Below, one piece after another: positions 1-11,696 of a DNA stretch of 64,000 nt. The stretch covers positions 3,456,001 through 3,520,000 of the forward strand of contig CAVUSO010000001.1 of NCBI GenBank assembly GCA_963744145.1. Direction: 5' to 3'. This DNA is from an uncultured cyanobacterium. GTDB lineage: Bacteria; Cyanobacteriota; Cyanobacteriia; Cyanobacteriales; CAWUOF01. Below the pieces are notes generated by a model. The model had not been told where the DNA came from. It saw only the letters and a list, made by a program, of their open reading frames with translations, and made no database searches. Every line of letters starts with the position of its first letter. Position 1 is the stretch's first letter. The position numbers were made by a program, and so were the translations under genes.

Positions 1-153
1 TGCTTTCCGCATTTGCTGTAATACTAATAGATCAAACTGAGGTTCACGTTGATCTCCCCAAGCAAGACACCACGCAATAGCAATATTTATCGACTTTTCA
101 TCATTTTTCATGTCTGTCTTTTGGCATAAAATCGGACTTGGATGGGCTGTCAT
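1..153 (-). CDS. 5' end of a gene running off the window, possibly type III-B CRISPR Cas10/Cmr2
   Basis: Manual translation from ATG at 153 (or 111): MTAHPSPILCQKTDMKNDEKSINIAIAWCLAWGDQREPQFDLLVLQQMRKA, open to the edge. The AIAWCLAWG..REPQFDL..LQQMR motif resembles, from memory, the N-terminus of cyanobacterial Cas10/Cmr2. Only 51 codons visible. Confidence 0.45.
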   Translation of the reverse strand, partial: MTAHPSPILCQKTDMKNDEKSINIAIAWCLAWGDQREPQFDLLVLQQMRKA

Positions 154-457
154 ATTCACCAACTGTATTTATTCTGAGTGAACACTTAACTGAGCTATCG
201 GGATTAATTTCTTGGTTTTACGCAAATGCTGGCTTTTTGTAATAATTCTTTACATGGCCAATCTGGGTAATACCAAGATTCCCAAACTCTTTCCTGTATT
301 TTAACATCGCTATAGAAGACCCTTCTTCCAGCGTAACCACATCTTAAAGGATAATTTTACCGTTAAAAAAGAAAAATATCGCCGCCTCTGCAAAGCTGTT
401 CTCCTCAATGAATGGGTCGAAACACCGGACAATCCAACGTTCTGACATATTTTCCGA

Positions 458-1051
458 TCAAACTGGTAATCTTCCCAATATCTCATCAACGCTAACTACT
501 AAATCCGGAAATGCAAGGGGTGAGATACTTTCACCTCGTCTAAATCGCTGGATACTTTGATAACCATTAGCACTTGGATCTCGATAAACCTCAACTAATT
601 GTGCTTCTAAATTTATGATCCAAAGTTCAACAATCCCGGCTCTACTATAGATAAGTGCTTTTTCACGGTCTCTTCTAATTGTGGTATCTGCTACCTCAAT
701 TAGTAAAAGAACATCTTCAGACTCAGGGTGTCTGTCGTCATAACCATATTGGTCTGGTTTTGCTACCACTACATCAGGCTGCAAGTCAGAATAACCATCT
801 ATATGGACAGGATTTTGTACTGATAAGGAAATAATCTTTTTAGCAAAAAGTTCAGCGAAAATCATTGCTACACGATTAACACAGCTTGCATGACGAGTAC
901 CAATCGGTGCCATAAGAACAATATCCCCATCAATTAGCTCTACCCGATCATCTGGTCTAAGTATTCCCACCTCACCTAGTTGGTAATATTCCTCTACCGT
1001 AAATTTCTTTCTTAATTGTTTGGCTGTCACTACAGTCATAATTCTCACCAT
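458..1051 (-). CDS. Uma2 family (DUF820) PD-(D/E)XK endonuclease-like protein
   Basis: FTVEEYYQL...RVELIDGDIVLMAPIG..HA, QPDV, LLLIEVADTT...D...K...Y..AGI.E.WIINL motifs. Confidence 0.92.
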   Translation of the reverse strand: MVRIMTVVTAKQLRKKFTVEEYYQLGEVGILRPDDRVELIDGDIVLMAPIGTRHASCVNRVAMIFAELFAKKIISLSVQNPVHIDGYSDLQPDVVVAKPDQYGYDDRHPESEDVLLLIEVADTTIRRDREKALIYSRAGIVELWIINLEAQLVEVYRDPSANGYQSIQRFRRGESISPLAFPDLVVSVDEILGRLPV

Positions 1052-1139
1052 CCTATTACAGCTATAGCTTTTGACTTTAATTCTTAATTTACCTGATCAG
1101 GAAGCGACGCAAGTAAACCGGAAAATCAGTATTCTAAAT

Positions 1140-1575
1140 AGGTACTGGAAGTCCGTCGATCAGTAATATTGCTCCCATTTGGGTCATGATTTGGAAAAAA
1201 TACTGAGGGGAAACTTAGATGATTAAGTTGTCAATGTTCAGTCAATTCAATGCTTTCAGCTACCTTAACAGTTTCAACAGCACAAGTCAATTAATCTCCA
1301 ATCAAAGGCCCAATAAAAGACCAGCATCTATCGATACACCTTGAAGCGGAAATCAAAAGTCTGTTGATCCAGCTCAACTCTGTTTAGCTCTCGATCGCAC
1401 AGAGATTGGTAATAATCATGGGATCAGAAGAGAATACTGAATATTGGTATGATCAAACTAAACATCGATCGCCAACCAGAAGAGTTAGATAGAGAACAGC
1501 CCGAATTGAAGCTTAATAATAGGCACCGGAACTAGCTACACAATTAAGAGCATTGATCCAGATGATCTGTCAAAG
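1140..1575 (+). pseudogene. Highly degraded Uma2-like remnant
   Basis: Out-of-frame fragments (IAPIWV, YWYDQ, LATQLRAL, IDPDDL) resemble the C-terminal half of cyanobacterial Uma2 proteins; no continuous ORF. Confidence 0.3.
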
Positions 1576-1791
1576 AGGTAACATTGTTATTGAATAAGAC
1601 AAAAATAGGACAATTGGATATTGGGAGAATTTAGATGCTGAATTCCTTTCAAATAAGTAATTTTGGGCATCAATTTCCTCAAATCGGACAACAAGGTATT
1701 TTGCTGGGTGAAGTATCCTCATGAACTTGTGTAAAGTAAAAGTTGGCAAAAGAGAAGCTATTTTTGTGACTCGCTCCCAGAGCAATTAAGG

Positions 1792-2652
1792 TCAAAAACA
1801 GGAAAAATATTTTACGATTTTCCAGGATGCTTGCCAACTGCTTATTGTCCAAGATAGACCTAACATAAATATGATCATAAATAGGACTAAGTTGCTGGAT
1901 GAGGTGATTTTATCTCTAGAACTAAAATTAAACTTTTCATTCCCAATTATTATTCGGTCGAGCATGAGCCAACTAAGTTTAGTAATTAGCCATAAAGGTA
2001 TATAAATAATACTTAATGAAATTGTAATGATAATTAAATCAAATATAGGTTCACTGCTTCTGGTACTCATGAAAATCCAGTCGGTTAATAAAACTGTACC
2101 AAAAAGGGATAATAAAAAGGTTTTATCCTTGAGAATTGCATCAATTCTTTGACTAAAAGACATATGATCTTTGCGGACAAAATAAATACCAAATAATAGG
2201 GTAAAGGGAAACAAAAAATACAGGGAGTTTTTGACCACAAAGTAATCAGTATGATTGCTAGTTTTTATAAAATAAAGATTATCATTATAATTTAATCCTT
2301 GTTGTTTAATATTAGCACAAAGCTGTTGTTGATCAGCAAAATAAACTACTTTCTTTGTTTGTTCATTAAATAAGAAAAACCGATCTTGTGATGATCCAGC
2401 GATCGCACCATCATAAAATCCATATTGGTGGACATATTTCACATAAACCCAATCATCAATATCATCATAATTACCGTGATGGTCACTATAAATTGCTGTA
2501 CCAACATTTGAAGGTAAACTATCATTATGACCAATTTTATTACCTCCAGGGGTGGATTCTTGCCATTCAGCAATTCCTATTGATCCCCCAGATACCTGTA
2601 CACAAAGCAATAACATCAACAAAGATAATAGTAAATATTGCAAGATTTTCAT
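1792..2652 (-). CDS. Hypothetical membrane protein (signal peptide, extracytoplasmic domain, about 4 C-terminal TM helices)
   Basis: 286-aa ORF with hydrophobic N-terminus and several hydrophobic C-terminal segments; 8 bp from the upstream gene. Confidence 0.7.
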   Translation of the reverse strand: MKILQYLLLSLLMLLLCVQVSGGSIGIAEWQESTPGGNKIGHNDSLPSNVGTAIYSDHHGNYDDIDDWVYVKYVHQYGFYDGAIAGSSQDRFFLFNEQTKKVVYFADQQQLCANIKQQGLNYNDNLYFIKTSNHTDYFVVKNSLYFLFPFTLLFGIYFVRKDHMSFSQRIDAILKDKTFLLSLFGTVLLTDWIFMSTRSSEPIFDLIIITISLSIIYIPLWLITKLSWLMLDRIIIGNEKFNFSSRDKITSSSNLVLFMIIFMLGLSWTISSWQASWKIVKYFSCF

Positions 2653-2660
2653 GGTTTTAT

Positions 2661-3308
2661 TTAACTATTTGACCCAGAGATACGACATTGGTGATCTGTA
2701 AACTTCTGCATGATCTCGGTTGGGATATTTTTAGCTAATGAGGGAACTGTTTTAGCTGCATATAATCGGAGAGAATTACCTGTAATTATAGGATCTAAAA
2801 ACTCGATCGACTGATCCATTCCCTCAAACTGAGTTTTGATGAGCAAATCAGGATGTAGATGTAACCGATCCCCGACGAATTCCCCATTTACCATAGTCAC
2901 AGTAGAAAATATCGGTGGAGGATTGGGAGGTATAGTTTCTCCCGGAAAAGGACCGTAAGATTGATATTGATTATCTTGATATTCGATTATACAAAGTTTA
3001 TTCTTAATTGTGGAGGGAAAAATGGACAGGGAAAAAAAGGGTGGAAACATTTCCCATTCGTTAGTCCAGAGTCCTAAATAAGGAGTTATATCTGGGTTAG
3101 CATCCCTCCACTTAGCTCGATATAAAATTAATTCTTTGGAAGGAACAGGAGGGGACTGAATTTTATCTAGACCAACTAGATTTCTGATCGTATCGACATC
3201 CTGATCCATCATTTTGCGTAATTTTGTTACTTCCGTAATATTAAGGGGTTGTTGAACCAATAATGTTGTGACCAGTAGGTAGGTTAAAAACATAGACAAT
3301 TCACACAC
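2661..3308 (-). CDS. Hypothetical exported protein
   Basis: 215-aa ORF with N-terminal hydrophobic stretch; co-oriented with selO and the downstream membrane protein. Confidence 0.65.
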   Translation of the reverse strand: MCELSMFLTYLLVTTLLVQQPLNITEVTKLRKMMDQDVDTIRNLVGLDKIQSPPVPSKELILYRAKWRDANPDITPYLGLWTNEWEMFPPFFSLSIFPSTIKNKLCIIEYQDNQYQSYGPFPGETIPPNPPPIFSTVTMVNGEFVGDRLHLHPDLLIKTQFEGMDQSIEFLDPIITGNSLRLYAAKTVPSLAKNIPTEIMQKFTDHQCRISGSNS

Positions 3309-3331
3309 CCTAAATCATGGAAGATCGAGTC

Positions 3332-4783
3332 TTAATTACCAGACTGAATTTGGTTAATTAAATCATAAAAAGGTTGCCAATTATCCTCTTTCACGATCGG
3401 TTCCCAAATTGCTTCAATTTGCGGTCTGAGTAAGACAGTTTTGGGATTATGTGTTCGTAATCTTTTGGCTATTTCTGTCAATTCATCTGTAGATACAGTT
3501 TGTAAAAGATGATAATAAAATTCACACCAAGGAACAATTAATTCTCTTGGTTCAGCTTCACTCAATATTTTACTAGGATCATCACGCCAATGGTGATTAA
3601 ACTGTTCTCTAATCGCATAAAAGAAATCGTGATAACCGATTTGGGTATTACTTAATATTCTAATGGTTAAATTTAGTAATTTTTCCGCTTCCGCGATCGG
3701 TAAATCACCAAAACCTAATTTTTTCAGCATTTGTTGACGGTAAGCAGCATGATAATAATCGTCAAACCTATTGAGAGCATGATTCATCTCAGTTTGGTCA
3801 ATTATTCCGGCTAATGGACGCTGCAACATTTCTAAATTTAATTTACAGATTTCTGGTTGATTTCCGTAACAATAACGCCCATAATAATCAAAATAGGCGG
3901 CGGTAAATTGCAGATTATAGGTGGGAATAAAAGCATAAGGTCCATAATCAAAGCTTTCCCCAGTAATTGACATATTATCTGTATTTAATACAGCATGACA
4001 AAACCCTGCTGCCATCCACTGGGCAACTAATTCGGCGATTTTTTGCACTAATTCCGAGTAAAATTGGGCGTAGATTTCCCGATCGCCTTGAAAATTTTCT
4101 GGGGACTGATTTTTGGTTAAGGTCGGATAATAATAGGCGATGACATGATCTAAAAGTTTTTGAATTAAGTCTTGACGCTTAAAGTAGGATAACCGTTCAA
4201 AAGTGCCAAAACGAATGTGCGATCGACTAAACCGAACCATTACAGATGATCGGGTTGGTGAAGGTTCATCTCCCCTCCAAAGTGATTCTCCGGTTTCAAT
4301 CATACTTAAACAACTAGAAGTCCGGACACCCATTTGTTCTAATGCTTCTGCAGCTAAGACTTCCCGAACTCCGCCTTTCAGAGTTAGTCTACCATCAGCA
4401 CTACGGGAATAGGGGGTAGTACCAGATCCTTTAGTCCCGAAGTCGTAGAGTTCTCCATCTATACCTCTGACTTGACCATAAAGAAATCCTCTCCCGTCTC
4501 CTAGACGTGAATTATATTCTCCAAATTGATAGCCATGGTAACGTAATGCTAGGAATGGACGTACACCCTGAAATTGACCAAAAGCTGCAATGAAATGCTC
4601 ATCAGTAACAGTTTGGGGGTCTAGTCCTATTTTCAAGAGTAATCGATCATTGCGCCACCGCAAAATATGTTGGGGAAACTCAGCCGCAGCTACTAGATCA
4701 TAATAATCGTTTCCTAGTCTTTCTAACGCTGGCTCGTAGTTAATGGTCAAAAATGGGTTAGCAGTTTGAGTCATGGAGATCAT
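3332..4783 (-). CDS. selO: Protein adenylyltransferase SelO (YdiU/UPF0061)
   Basis: [54 protein letters not shown] motifs. Confidence 0.95.
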   Translation of the reverse strand: MISMTQTANPFLTINYEPALERLGNDYYDLVAAAEFPQHILRWRNDRLLLKIGLDPQTVTDEHFIAAFGQFQGVRPFLALRYHGYQFGEYNSRLGDGRGFLYGQVRGIDGELYDFGTKGSGTTPYSRSADGRLTLKGGVREVLAAEALEQMGVRTSSCLSMIETGESLWRGDEPSPTRSSVMVRFSRSHIRFGTFERLSYFKRQDLIQKLLDHVIAYYYPTLTKNQSPENFQGDREIYAQFYSELVQKIAELVAQWMAAGFCHAVLNTDNMSITGESFDYGPYAFIPTYNLQFTAAYFDYYGRYCYGNQPEICKLNLEMLQRPLAGIIDQTEMNHALNRFDDYYHAAYRQQMLKKLGFGDLPIAEAEKLLNLTIRILSNTQIGYHDFFYAIREQFNHHWRDDPSKILSEAEPRELIVPWCEFYYHLLQTVSTDELTEIAKRLRTHNPKTVLLRPQIEAIWEPIVKEDNWQPFYDLINQIQSGN

Positions 4784-4855
4784 TGTAAACTAGTCCCAAT
4801 CTATCTTGCCAGTAGTTGTTCGCTTCTAGCCAACATTTTTTAAATAGACTTTTTG

Positions 4856-4931
4856 CAAAAATAACTAGGACAGGCAAGATGCCTGTCCCACAAGAGATTT
4901 TTTGGTTGTGGGACAGGCATCTTGCCTGTCC
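4856..4931. repeat. REP-like palindrome pair (GGACAGGCAAGATGCCTGTCC)
   Basis: Hairpins at 4868-4888 and 4911-4931 in inverted orientation; a related inverted copy lies at 11783-11819. Confidence 0.8.
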
Positions 4932-4982
4932 AGTAAATTGATCGACCACCACACTGGCCAGGATTTTAGATCAGGATAAGCA

Positions 4983-6776
4983 TCAAATCATATAATAAAG
5001 TGATGCTTGGCGAGCATTCTGCCTGTCGATCGCCGCACAATGTTCGCAATTGTTAGCATCGTCACCCAAAAGTTTATAAGCGTAGCGAACCGCTTTAAGG
5101 GTAGCAGAATCTGTATCATCATCTTCTTTTTCCCGGAAAATGCGGTCTTTTGGGAACCACTCGCTAAAACCGAGTTTATGGAACGCTCGAGCTAAATCTG
5201 GACGGATACCAGCTAGCAGTACCACGATCCCGTCTCTTTGGCTCTGACGCAGGAAGTGTTCAATTAGCTCTATACAAACGATATCTGGATCGCGTACCCG
5301 CTTGAGTCGCAACACAATTGAGCGAATATTTGAACTAATCGCCCGCTGATTGAGTTCGTGGAGATAATGATCTAATTCCGGTGCTGCACCAAAGAATATC
5401 TCACCTTCAAGATCAAAAATTATGACAGATGTGCAAGGTGGGTCGCTAGGTACTATTTCACGCACAATACCTTGCTCACTAACCACCAGTTCTGCTGATT
5501 TCAGTTTGGCTGCTCTTGGCACAAATAGGATAATAGACAACGCAACACCCGTCAAAATTGAGTATTCAATATCAATAAAGATCGCGGTAAATGTGGTGAT
5601 CAAGACCAGAACAGTATCAAACCCTGAACCCTGAAAGGTATAGCGCAACCGTTTGAGATCAATTAACCGAGCGGCAGTGATCATGAGCAAAGCAGCCAGT
5701 GATGCTTTTGGGATATATTTCGTCAAAGGAGCCAGTGCTAGCACCGCCAAAGCGATGAAAAATGCTGCTAAAATGCCTGAAAATCGAGTCTTTGCTCCTG
5801 ATTGGTAATTGATCGCCGATCGACTCAAGGAGCCAGAACCAGGTAAACATTGCAAGAATCCACCACTCAGATTAGCTAACCCTTCAGCCAAACATTGACG
5901 GTTGTAATCAAGGATTTGTCCACTTTGGTTCGCGATCGCTTTCCCGATCGCCAGTGCTTCGAGCAATCCCAGAAACGCGATCGCTAATGCACCACTCGAT
6001 AGTTGTGAAATCCAAGCAAATTTAATCTCCGGAATATGGGGTAATGGTAAACTCGCAGGTATAGAGTTAGATACGGCTACTGCGGTCTTCCCACCATCAC
6101 CAGGTATAGTCCAGCCTAACAAATAAGCACCTATGGAGACAATGATTAGAACACTAATCATATCCATTTGCGGCAGCTGGTACTTCCGCACCCATTTTCG
6201 TAAAGCCAGCGCCATCACAATTGTCACCAGAGTGATCAAAAGTGCTTTATAGTTGGGATAATCTCCAGTTATTGTTAACCAAAGACGATAGAAGACTGGA
6301 TCGTGAGCAGTACCACGATCGCGAATACCGAGTGCATTACCAATTTGACCGACTCCTAATAGTACCGCAGCACCAGTCATAAAGCCAAGAATCACTGACT
6401 CGGAAATGTAACGAGTCAAGTCTCCTAACTTGAAAACCGCGATCGCAATTTGGATACAACCGATCATAATTCCCAGAAGAAACATGGCTTCATAAGCATC
6501 AAGTCGAGCATCAGGTTCAAAGAACCCTAATGTACTAAAAACCACCAGGGAAATTGCACTAGTCGGTCCGTTAATCAGATGGGATGATGAACCAAAAATC
6601 GAGCCAACTGCGGTCACAAAAATTGCCGAATAGAGACCAAAACGGGGATCTACACCAGCGATGAGTGCATAAGCAATCCCTTGCGGTAATGCGATCGCTG
6701 CCACAGTTAGAGCTGCGAGCAAGTCGGCGCGACCCTTGCTCCAGCTATAGTTCAAATAATGCTTCAGATAATACAT
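4983..6776 (-). CDS. SulP/SLC26 family anion transporter with C-terminal STAS domain
   Basis: DLLAALTVAAIALPQGIAYALIAG..P..GLYSA, GSS..L..GPT, GSLSRSAIN..SGA.T, and STAS motif GEIFFGAA. Confidence 0.95.
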   Translation of the reverse strand: MYYLKHYLNYSWSKGRADLLAALTVAAIALPQGIAYALIAGVDPRFGLYSAIFVTAVGSIFGSSSHLINGPTSAISLVVFSTLGFFEPDARLDAYEAMFLLGIMIGCIQIAIAVFKLGDLTRYISESVILGFMTGAAVLLGVGQIGNALGIRDRGTAHDPVFYRLWLTITGDYPNYKALLITLVTIVMALALRKWVRKYQLPQMDMISVLIIVSIGAYLLGWTIPGDGGKTAVAVSNSIPASLPLPHIPEIKFAWISQLSSGALAIAFLGLLEALAIGKAIANQSGQILDYNRQCLAEGLANLSGGFLQCLPGSGSLSRSAINYQSGAKTRFSGILAAFFIALAVLALAPLTKYIPKASLAALLMITAARLIDLKRLRYTFQGSGFDTVLVLITTFTAIFIDIEYSILTGVALSIILFVPRAAKLKSAELVVSEQGIVREIVPSDPPCTSVIIFDLEGEIFFGAAPELDHYLHELNQRAISSNIRSIVLRLKRVRDPDIVCIELIEHFLRQSQRDGIVVLLAGIRPDLARAFHKLGFSEWFPKDRIFREKEDDDTDSATLKAVRYAYKLLGDDANNCEHCAAIDRQNARQASLYYMI

Positions 6777-6839
6777 TAGTGTTCCTTAGATGATCGTTGT
6801 TAATTGTTGGTAATTGAGTCAAACTCAGAACGGTTTACT

Positions 6840-7904
6840 TCACTTAGTTTTTGGTTTATACACCTGATCAATAATGCCGTTTTCAGCGAAAAATTTCTGT
6901 TTAGCATCGTCCCAATCTTGAGCGATGAGGGTGATCGGAAAAAGGTCAATTTTAGGAAACTGATTACTATATTTATTCAAAATATCTGGGTTAATTGGAC
7001 GATAGCCAAGTTGAGCGATGGTTTCCTGTGCTTGATCGGTAAACAGAAATTGCAAATAGGCTTTCGCTTCAGCATCAGTCTTGTGAGTAGTGGTATTAGC
7101 ATCTACCCATGCTACATAAGGTTGCGCCAGAATACTCACTGGTGGATAGACGATTTCCAGTTCACCCTTTGATTCAGAAACTTCCCGAATTGCTTCGTTT
7201 TCCCAAGTGAGATGCACATCACCAATTTTTTCGACAGCAAAGTTTATGGCTGAAGCGCGTGCGCCAGCAGCAAGAACTGTTGTATGTTCATAAAATGCCT
7301 TGAGAAACGTGATTGCATCAGATTCGCTACCACCACCTTTGATCACTGAACCCCAAGCAGCTAAAGCACTTAACTTACCGTTACCAGAGCTTTTCGGATC
7401 AGGTGTAATGATTTCCACACCAGAATTAATTAGATCAGACCAATCACGAATATTTTTCGGATTACCTTTACGCACAACAAAGACAATGGTCGAGAAATAA
7501 GGTTGGGAATCATTTGGTAGTCGCTTAGACCAACCTTCTGGGATGAGACCCTGTTTATGGAGCGCGTCCACGTCTGAATAGAGTCCTAATGTAACTACAT
7601 CTGCTGGTTCACTACCGTCTATTACCGAGCGACTCTGATGAGAAGACCCAGCATGGGACTGTTTAATTGTTAGATGTTTTCCAGTTTCTTTCTCGTATTT
7701 GGCGATAAATTGCTCATTTAAACTGAGATACAGTTCCCGGGTTGGATCGTAGGATACGTTCAGCAATTGATGTGACATCTTTGCTTGCACATTTTTGCCC
7801 ACGACTAGAATAATAGCCAGAAAAACCGCCGCGATCGCAGTCAGATCCAGCCAAGAAGTTCGTTTGATCAGCTTCAAAAAGTTGTTGCTCAAGGACATAG
7901 ACAC
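6840..7904 (-). CDS. sbp: Sulfate/thiosulfate-binding periplasmic protein (Sbp/CysP family)
   Basis: LLNVSYDPTRELY, QSHAGS, ADVVTL, STIVFVVRKGNPKNIRDW.DL, ITPDPKSSG, GDV.LTWENEA. Confidence 0.92.
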   Translation of the reverse strand: MSMSLSNNFLKLIKRTSWLDLTAIAAVFLAIILVVGKNVQAKMSHQLLNVSYDPTRELYLSLNEQFIAKYEKETGKHLTIKQSHAGSSHQSRSVIDGSEPADVVTLGLYSDVDALHKQGLIPEGWSKRLPNDSQPYFSTIVFVVRKGNPKNIRDWSDLINSGVEIITPDPKSSGNGKLSALAAWGSVIKGGGSESDAITFLKAFYEHTTVLAAGARASAINFAVEKIGDVHLTWENEAIREVSESKGELEIVYPPVSILAQPYVAWVDANTTTHKTDAEAKAYLQFLFTDQAQETIAQLGYRPINPDILNKYSNQFPKIDLFPITLIAQDWDDAKQKFFAENGIIDQVYKPKTK

Positions 7905-7962
7905 ATCATTGGGTTAAGGGCAGAATAAGACTTTACCTGTATATTATATGTAAATCTACTTT

Positions 7963-7985
7963 AAGTCTATCAACTTGCTGTACTT
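7963..7985. promoter_or_regulatory. Imperfect palindrome, candidate operator in the divergent sbp/metH region
   Basis: AAGTCTA-TCAACTTGC-TGTACTT about 60 bp upstream of sbp; regulator unknown. Confidence 0.35.
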
Positions 7986-8105
7986 TATTAAATCTGAATA
8001 AAAACCAGGAAGATAGGCGATCGAGCTATGATCAAGAGTTAAATATCGTTAATCTTGCAAAATAGATTAAATAGTAATAGAGTCGATAATGCCCCATCTG
8101 AGCCT

Positions 8106-11100
8106 ATGAAAAGCCCTTTCCTCGAACGACTCCACAGTCCCGATCGCCCTGTTATTGTCTTTGACGGAGCCATGGGAACTAATTTACAAGTCCAAAACTT
8201 GACAGCAGAGGACTTTGGTGGTAAAGAATACGAAGGTTGTAACGAATATCTGGTTCACACTAAACCAGTAGCAGTCGAACAAGTCCATCGCGGTTTTTTA
8301 GAAGTTGGTGCTGATGTTATTGAAACTGATACTTTTGGTGCTACTTCGATCGTCTTAGCTGAGTATGACTTAGCAGACCAAGCATATTACCTGAATAAAA
8401 CTGCGGCTGAACTTGCTAAACGAGTTGCTGGAGAATATTCTACTCCAGAAAAACCCCGATTTGTCGCTGGTTCTATTGGTCCGGGAACCAAGTTACCGAC
8501 TTTGGGACATATTGACTTTGATACTCTGCAATCAGCTTTTACCGAACAAGCATCAGGATTATATGATGGTGGTGTAGATTTATTTATTGTCGAAACTTGT
8601 CAAGATGTACTGCAAATTAAAGCAGCTCTAAATGCGATCGAACAAGTATTTGCCCAAAAAGGCGATCGCTTACCGATCATGGTATCTGTTACCATGGAAA
8701 CTACTGGCACTATGTTAGTCGGTAGTGATATCAGTGCTGTACTAGCAATTTTAGAACCTTATCCGATTGATATTTTAGGATTAAATTGTGCTACCGGACC
8801 TGATCGGATGGCGGATCATATTCGCTATTTATGTCAAAATTCACCTTTTGTAGTTTCCTGTGTTCCTAATGCTGGTTTACCAGAAAATGTTGGTGGTCAT
8901 GCTCATTATAAACTGACACCAATGGAATTACGCATGGCTCTATTGCATTTTGTGGAAGATTTAGGAGTACAGGTAATTGGAGGTTGTTGTGGAACTCGAC
9001 CAGATCATATTCAACAATTAGCAGAACTTGGTAAAACTTTAAAGCCCAAATCTCGACCTGTCCGAATTGAGAATACCCAAATTAAACGGGAAGCATTTAA
9101 CTATACTCCATCAGCAGCATCTATTTACAGCGCTCAACCTTATGATCAAGATAATTCTTTTTTAATTATTGGTGAACGATTAAATGCTAGTGGTTCCAAA
9201 AAATGTCGAGATTTGTTAAATGTAGAAGATTGGGATGGGTTAGTAGCGATCGCGCGTGAACAGGTGCGCGAAGGTGCCCATATTCTTGATGTTAACGTTG
9301 ATTATGTGGGACGAGATGGGATTCGGGATATGCGCGAATTAGTATCCCGAATTGTTAATCAAGTCACATTACCATTAATGCTAGACTCGACCGAATGGGA
9401 AAAAATGGAGGCTGGATTAAAAGTTGCTGGTGGTAAATGTTTGCTGAATTCTACTAACTATGAAGATGGGGAAGAACGTTTTTATAAAGTATTAGAATTA
9501 GCGAAAAAATACGGTGCTGGGATAGTAGTTGGTACAATTGATGAAGAAGGGATGGCGCGATCGGCTGATCGGAAATTTGCGATCGCATCTCGTGCTTATC
9601 ATGCGGCAATTGAGTATGGTATTCCGGCTCGAGAAATCTTTTTTGATCCACTTGCTTTACCGATTTCTACTGGAATTGAAGAAGATCGTAGCAATGGTAA
9701 AGCGACAATTACCGCGATCGGACAAATCCGTCAAGAATTACCAGAATGTCATATTATTTTAGGAGTTTCTAATATTTCATTTGGTTTAAATCCCGCAGCT
9801 AGACAAGTTTTAAATTCAACTTTTCTGCACGAAGCAATGCAAGTAGGAATGGATGCTGCAATTGTTAGTGCTAGTAAAATTTTACCCTTAGCAAAGATTG
9901 AACCAGAACATCAAGAAATTTGTCGGCAATTGATTTATGATGAACGGAAGTTTTCTGATAGTATTTGTGTTTATGATCCCTTAACGGAACTCACCAAACT
10001 ATTTGAGGGGAAAACTACTAAACGCGATCGCTCTGAAGATGTAAATCTGCCCGTCGAAGAACGTCTAAAACGTCATATTATTGATGGAGAACGGATCGGT
10101 TTAGAAGAGCAACTCACTAAAGCTTTAGAAAAACATCCTCCTCTAGAGATTATTAACACCTTTCTCCTCGATGGGATGAAAGTAGTAGGAGAATTATTCG
10201 GCTCCGGACAAATGCAATTACCTTTTGTGTTACAATCTGCTGAAACCATGAAAGCAGCAGTAGCTTATTTAGAGCCATTCATGGAAAAATCAGAATCTGG
10301 AAATAATGCGAAAGGAACAATGATCATTGCTACCGTTAAAGGTGATGTTCACGATATTGGTAAAAATTTGGTTGATATCATTCTTTCTAATAATGGTTAC
10401 CGAGTAATTAACCTGGGGATTAAGCAACCAGTTGATCAGATCATTGACGCTTACGAAAAACATCAAGCTGACTGTATTGCTATGAGTGGTTTGTTGGTTA
10501 AATCGACAGCGTTTATGAAAGAAAATCTGGAAACTTTTAATCACCGAGGGATTACAGTTCCAGTAATTTTAGGGGGTGCCGCATTAACACCTAAGTTTGT
10601 CTATGAAGATTGCCAAAATACTTATAATGGTAAAGTTATTTATGGCAAAGATGCTTTTTCTGACTTGCATTTTATGGATAAGTTAATGCCTGCTAAAATA
10701 GCTGGTAAATGGGATGATTTCCAAGGATTTTTGGATGAATTAGCAGTAGATAATAAAACCAAGAGTGAAACAGATAATGGTAAAACAGTACCATCATCGG
10801 TCACATCAAAGGAATCTCCCAAAGAAATTGATACCCGTCGCTCAGAAGCGATCGCGATCGATATAGATCGTCCTACTCCACCTTTTTGGGGTACTCAAAT
10901 ATTGCAACCAACTGATATTCCCTTAACTGAAGTATTTGAATATCTAGATTTGCAAGCATTAATTGTCGGTCAATGGCAATTTCGCAAACCAAAAGAGCAA
11001 TCACGGGAAGAATATGATGCTTTTCTTGCAGCAACAGTCCATCCCATTTTGGCAAATTGGAAACAGTTAATTATCCAAGAAAATTTGTTGCATCCCCAAG

Positions 11101-11696
11101 CAATTTATGGATATTTTCCCTGTCAATCTGAAGGAAATTCTCTCCTTATTTATGATCCGGAAATCGTCAAAAATGGACAAGATATTTCTGGAGTAAATCC
11201 GATCGCTACCTTTAATTTTCCTCGACAAAAGTCCCTGCGACGTTTGTGTATTGCTGATTTCTTTGCACCGAAAAAATCTGGTAAAATTGATGTGTTTCCG
11301 ATGCAAGCTGTGACAGTAGGAAATATAGCGACGGAATATGCACAAGGTCTATTTGCTAATGATCAGTACACTGATTATCTATACTTCCATGGATTAGCTG
11401 TACAAACTGCTGAAGCAATAGCTGAATGGTTGCACGCTCGTATCCGTCGGGAGTTAGGTTTTGCTCAGGAAGAACCGGATCAGATTCGGGATATATTAGC
11501 ACAACGGTATCGTGGTTCGCGTTATAGTTTTGGCTATCCAGCTTGTCCTAATATTGCCGATCAATATCAGCAGTTAGAATTATTAGGATGCGATCGGATT
11601 AATCTATATATGGATGAAAGTGAACAACTTTATCCAGAACAGTCTACTACTGCGATTATTACCTATCACCCAGAAGCCAAATATTTCAGTGCTTAA
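8106..11696 (+). CDS. metH: Cobalamin-dependent methionine synthase
   Basis: [21 protein letters not shown]12-binding [10 protein letters not shown]...L..NG, C-terminal [13 protein letters not shown] at 8106 (MKSPFL) preferred over TTG at 8055. Confidence 0.97.
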   Translation: MKSPFLERLHSPDRPVIVFDGAMGTNLQVQNLTAEDFGGKEYEGCNEYLVHTKPVAVEQVHRGFLEVGADVIETDTFGATSIVLAEYDLADQAYYLNKTAAELAKRVAGEYSTPEKPRFVAGSIGPGTKLPTLGHIDFDTLQSAFTEQASGLYDGGVDLFIVETCQDVLQIKAALNAIEQVFAQKGDRLPIMVSVTMETTGTMLVGSDISAVLAILEPYPIDILGLNCATGPDRMADHIRYLCQNSPFVVSCVPNAGLPENVGGHAHYKLTPMELRMALLHFVEDLGVQVIGGCCGTRPDHIQQLAELGKTLKPKSRPVRIENTQIKREAFNYTPSAASIYSAQPYDQDNSFLIIGERLNASGSKKCRDLLNVEDWDGLVAIAREQVREGAHILDVNVDYVGRDGIRDMRELVSRIVNQVTLPLMLDSTEWEKMEAGLKVAGGKCLLNSTNYEDGEERFYKVLELAKKYGAGIVVGTIDEEGMARSADRKFAIASRAYHAAIEYGIPAREIFFDPLALPISTGIEEDRSNGKATITAIGQIRQELPECHIILGVSNISFGLNPAARQVLNSTFLHEAMQVGMDAAIVSASKILPLAKIEPEHQEICRQLIYDERKFSDSICVYDPLTELTKLFEGKTTKRDRSEDVNLPVEERLKRHIIDGERIGLEEQLTKALEKHPPLEIINTFLLDGMKVVGELFGSGQMQLPFVLQSAETMKAAVAYLEPFMEKSESGNNAKGTMIIATVKGDVHDIGKNLVDIILSNNGYRVINLGIKQPVDQIIDAYEKHQADCIAMSGLLVKSTAFMKENLETFNHRGITVPVILGGAALTPKFVYEDCQNTYNGKVIYGKDAFSDLHFMDKLMPAKIAGKWDDFQGFLDELAVDNKTKSETDNGKTVPSSVTSKESPKEIDTRRSEAIAIDIDRPTPPFWGTQILQPTDIPLTEVFEYLDLQALIVGQWQFRKPKEQSREEYDAFLAATVHPILANWKQLIIQENLLHPQAIYGYFPCQSEGNSLLIYDPEIVKNGQDISGVNPIATFNFPRQKSLRRLCIADFFAPKKSGKIDVFPMQAVTVGNIATEYAQGLFANDQYTDYLYFHGLAVQTAEAIAEWLHARIRRELGFAQEEPDQIRDILAQRYRGSRYSFGYPACPNIADQYQQLELLGCDRINLYMDESEQLYPEQSTTAIITYHPEAKYFSA

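Noticed and set aside
200..448. Broken minus-strand reading frame upstream of the edge gene
   Set aside because: Needs a frameshift and matches no family I recognise.
7905..8105. Cobalamin or SAM riboswitch upstream of metH
   Set aside because: No conserved B12-box or S-box core visible; the region is short and AT-rich.
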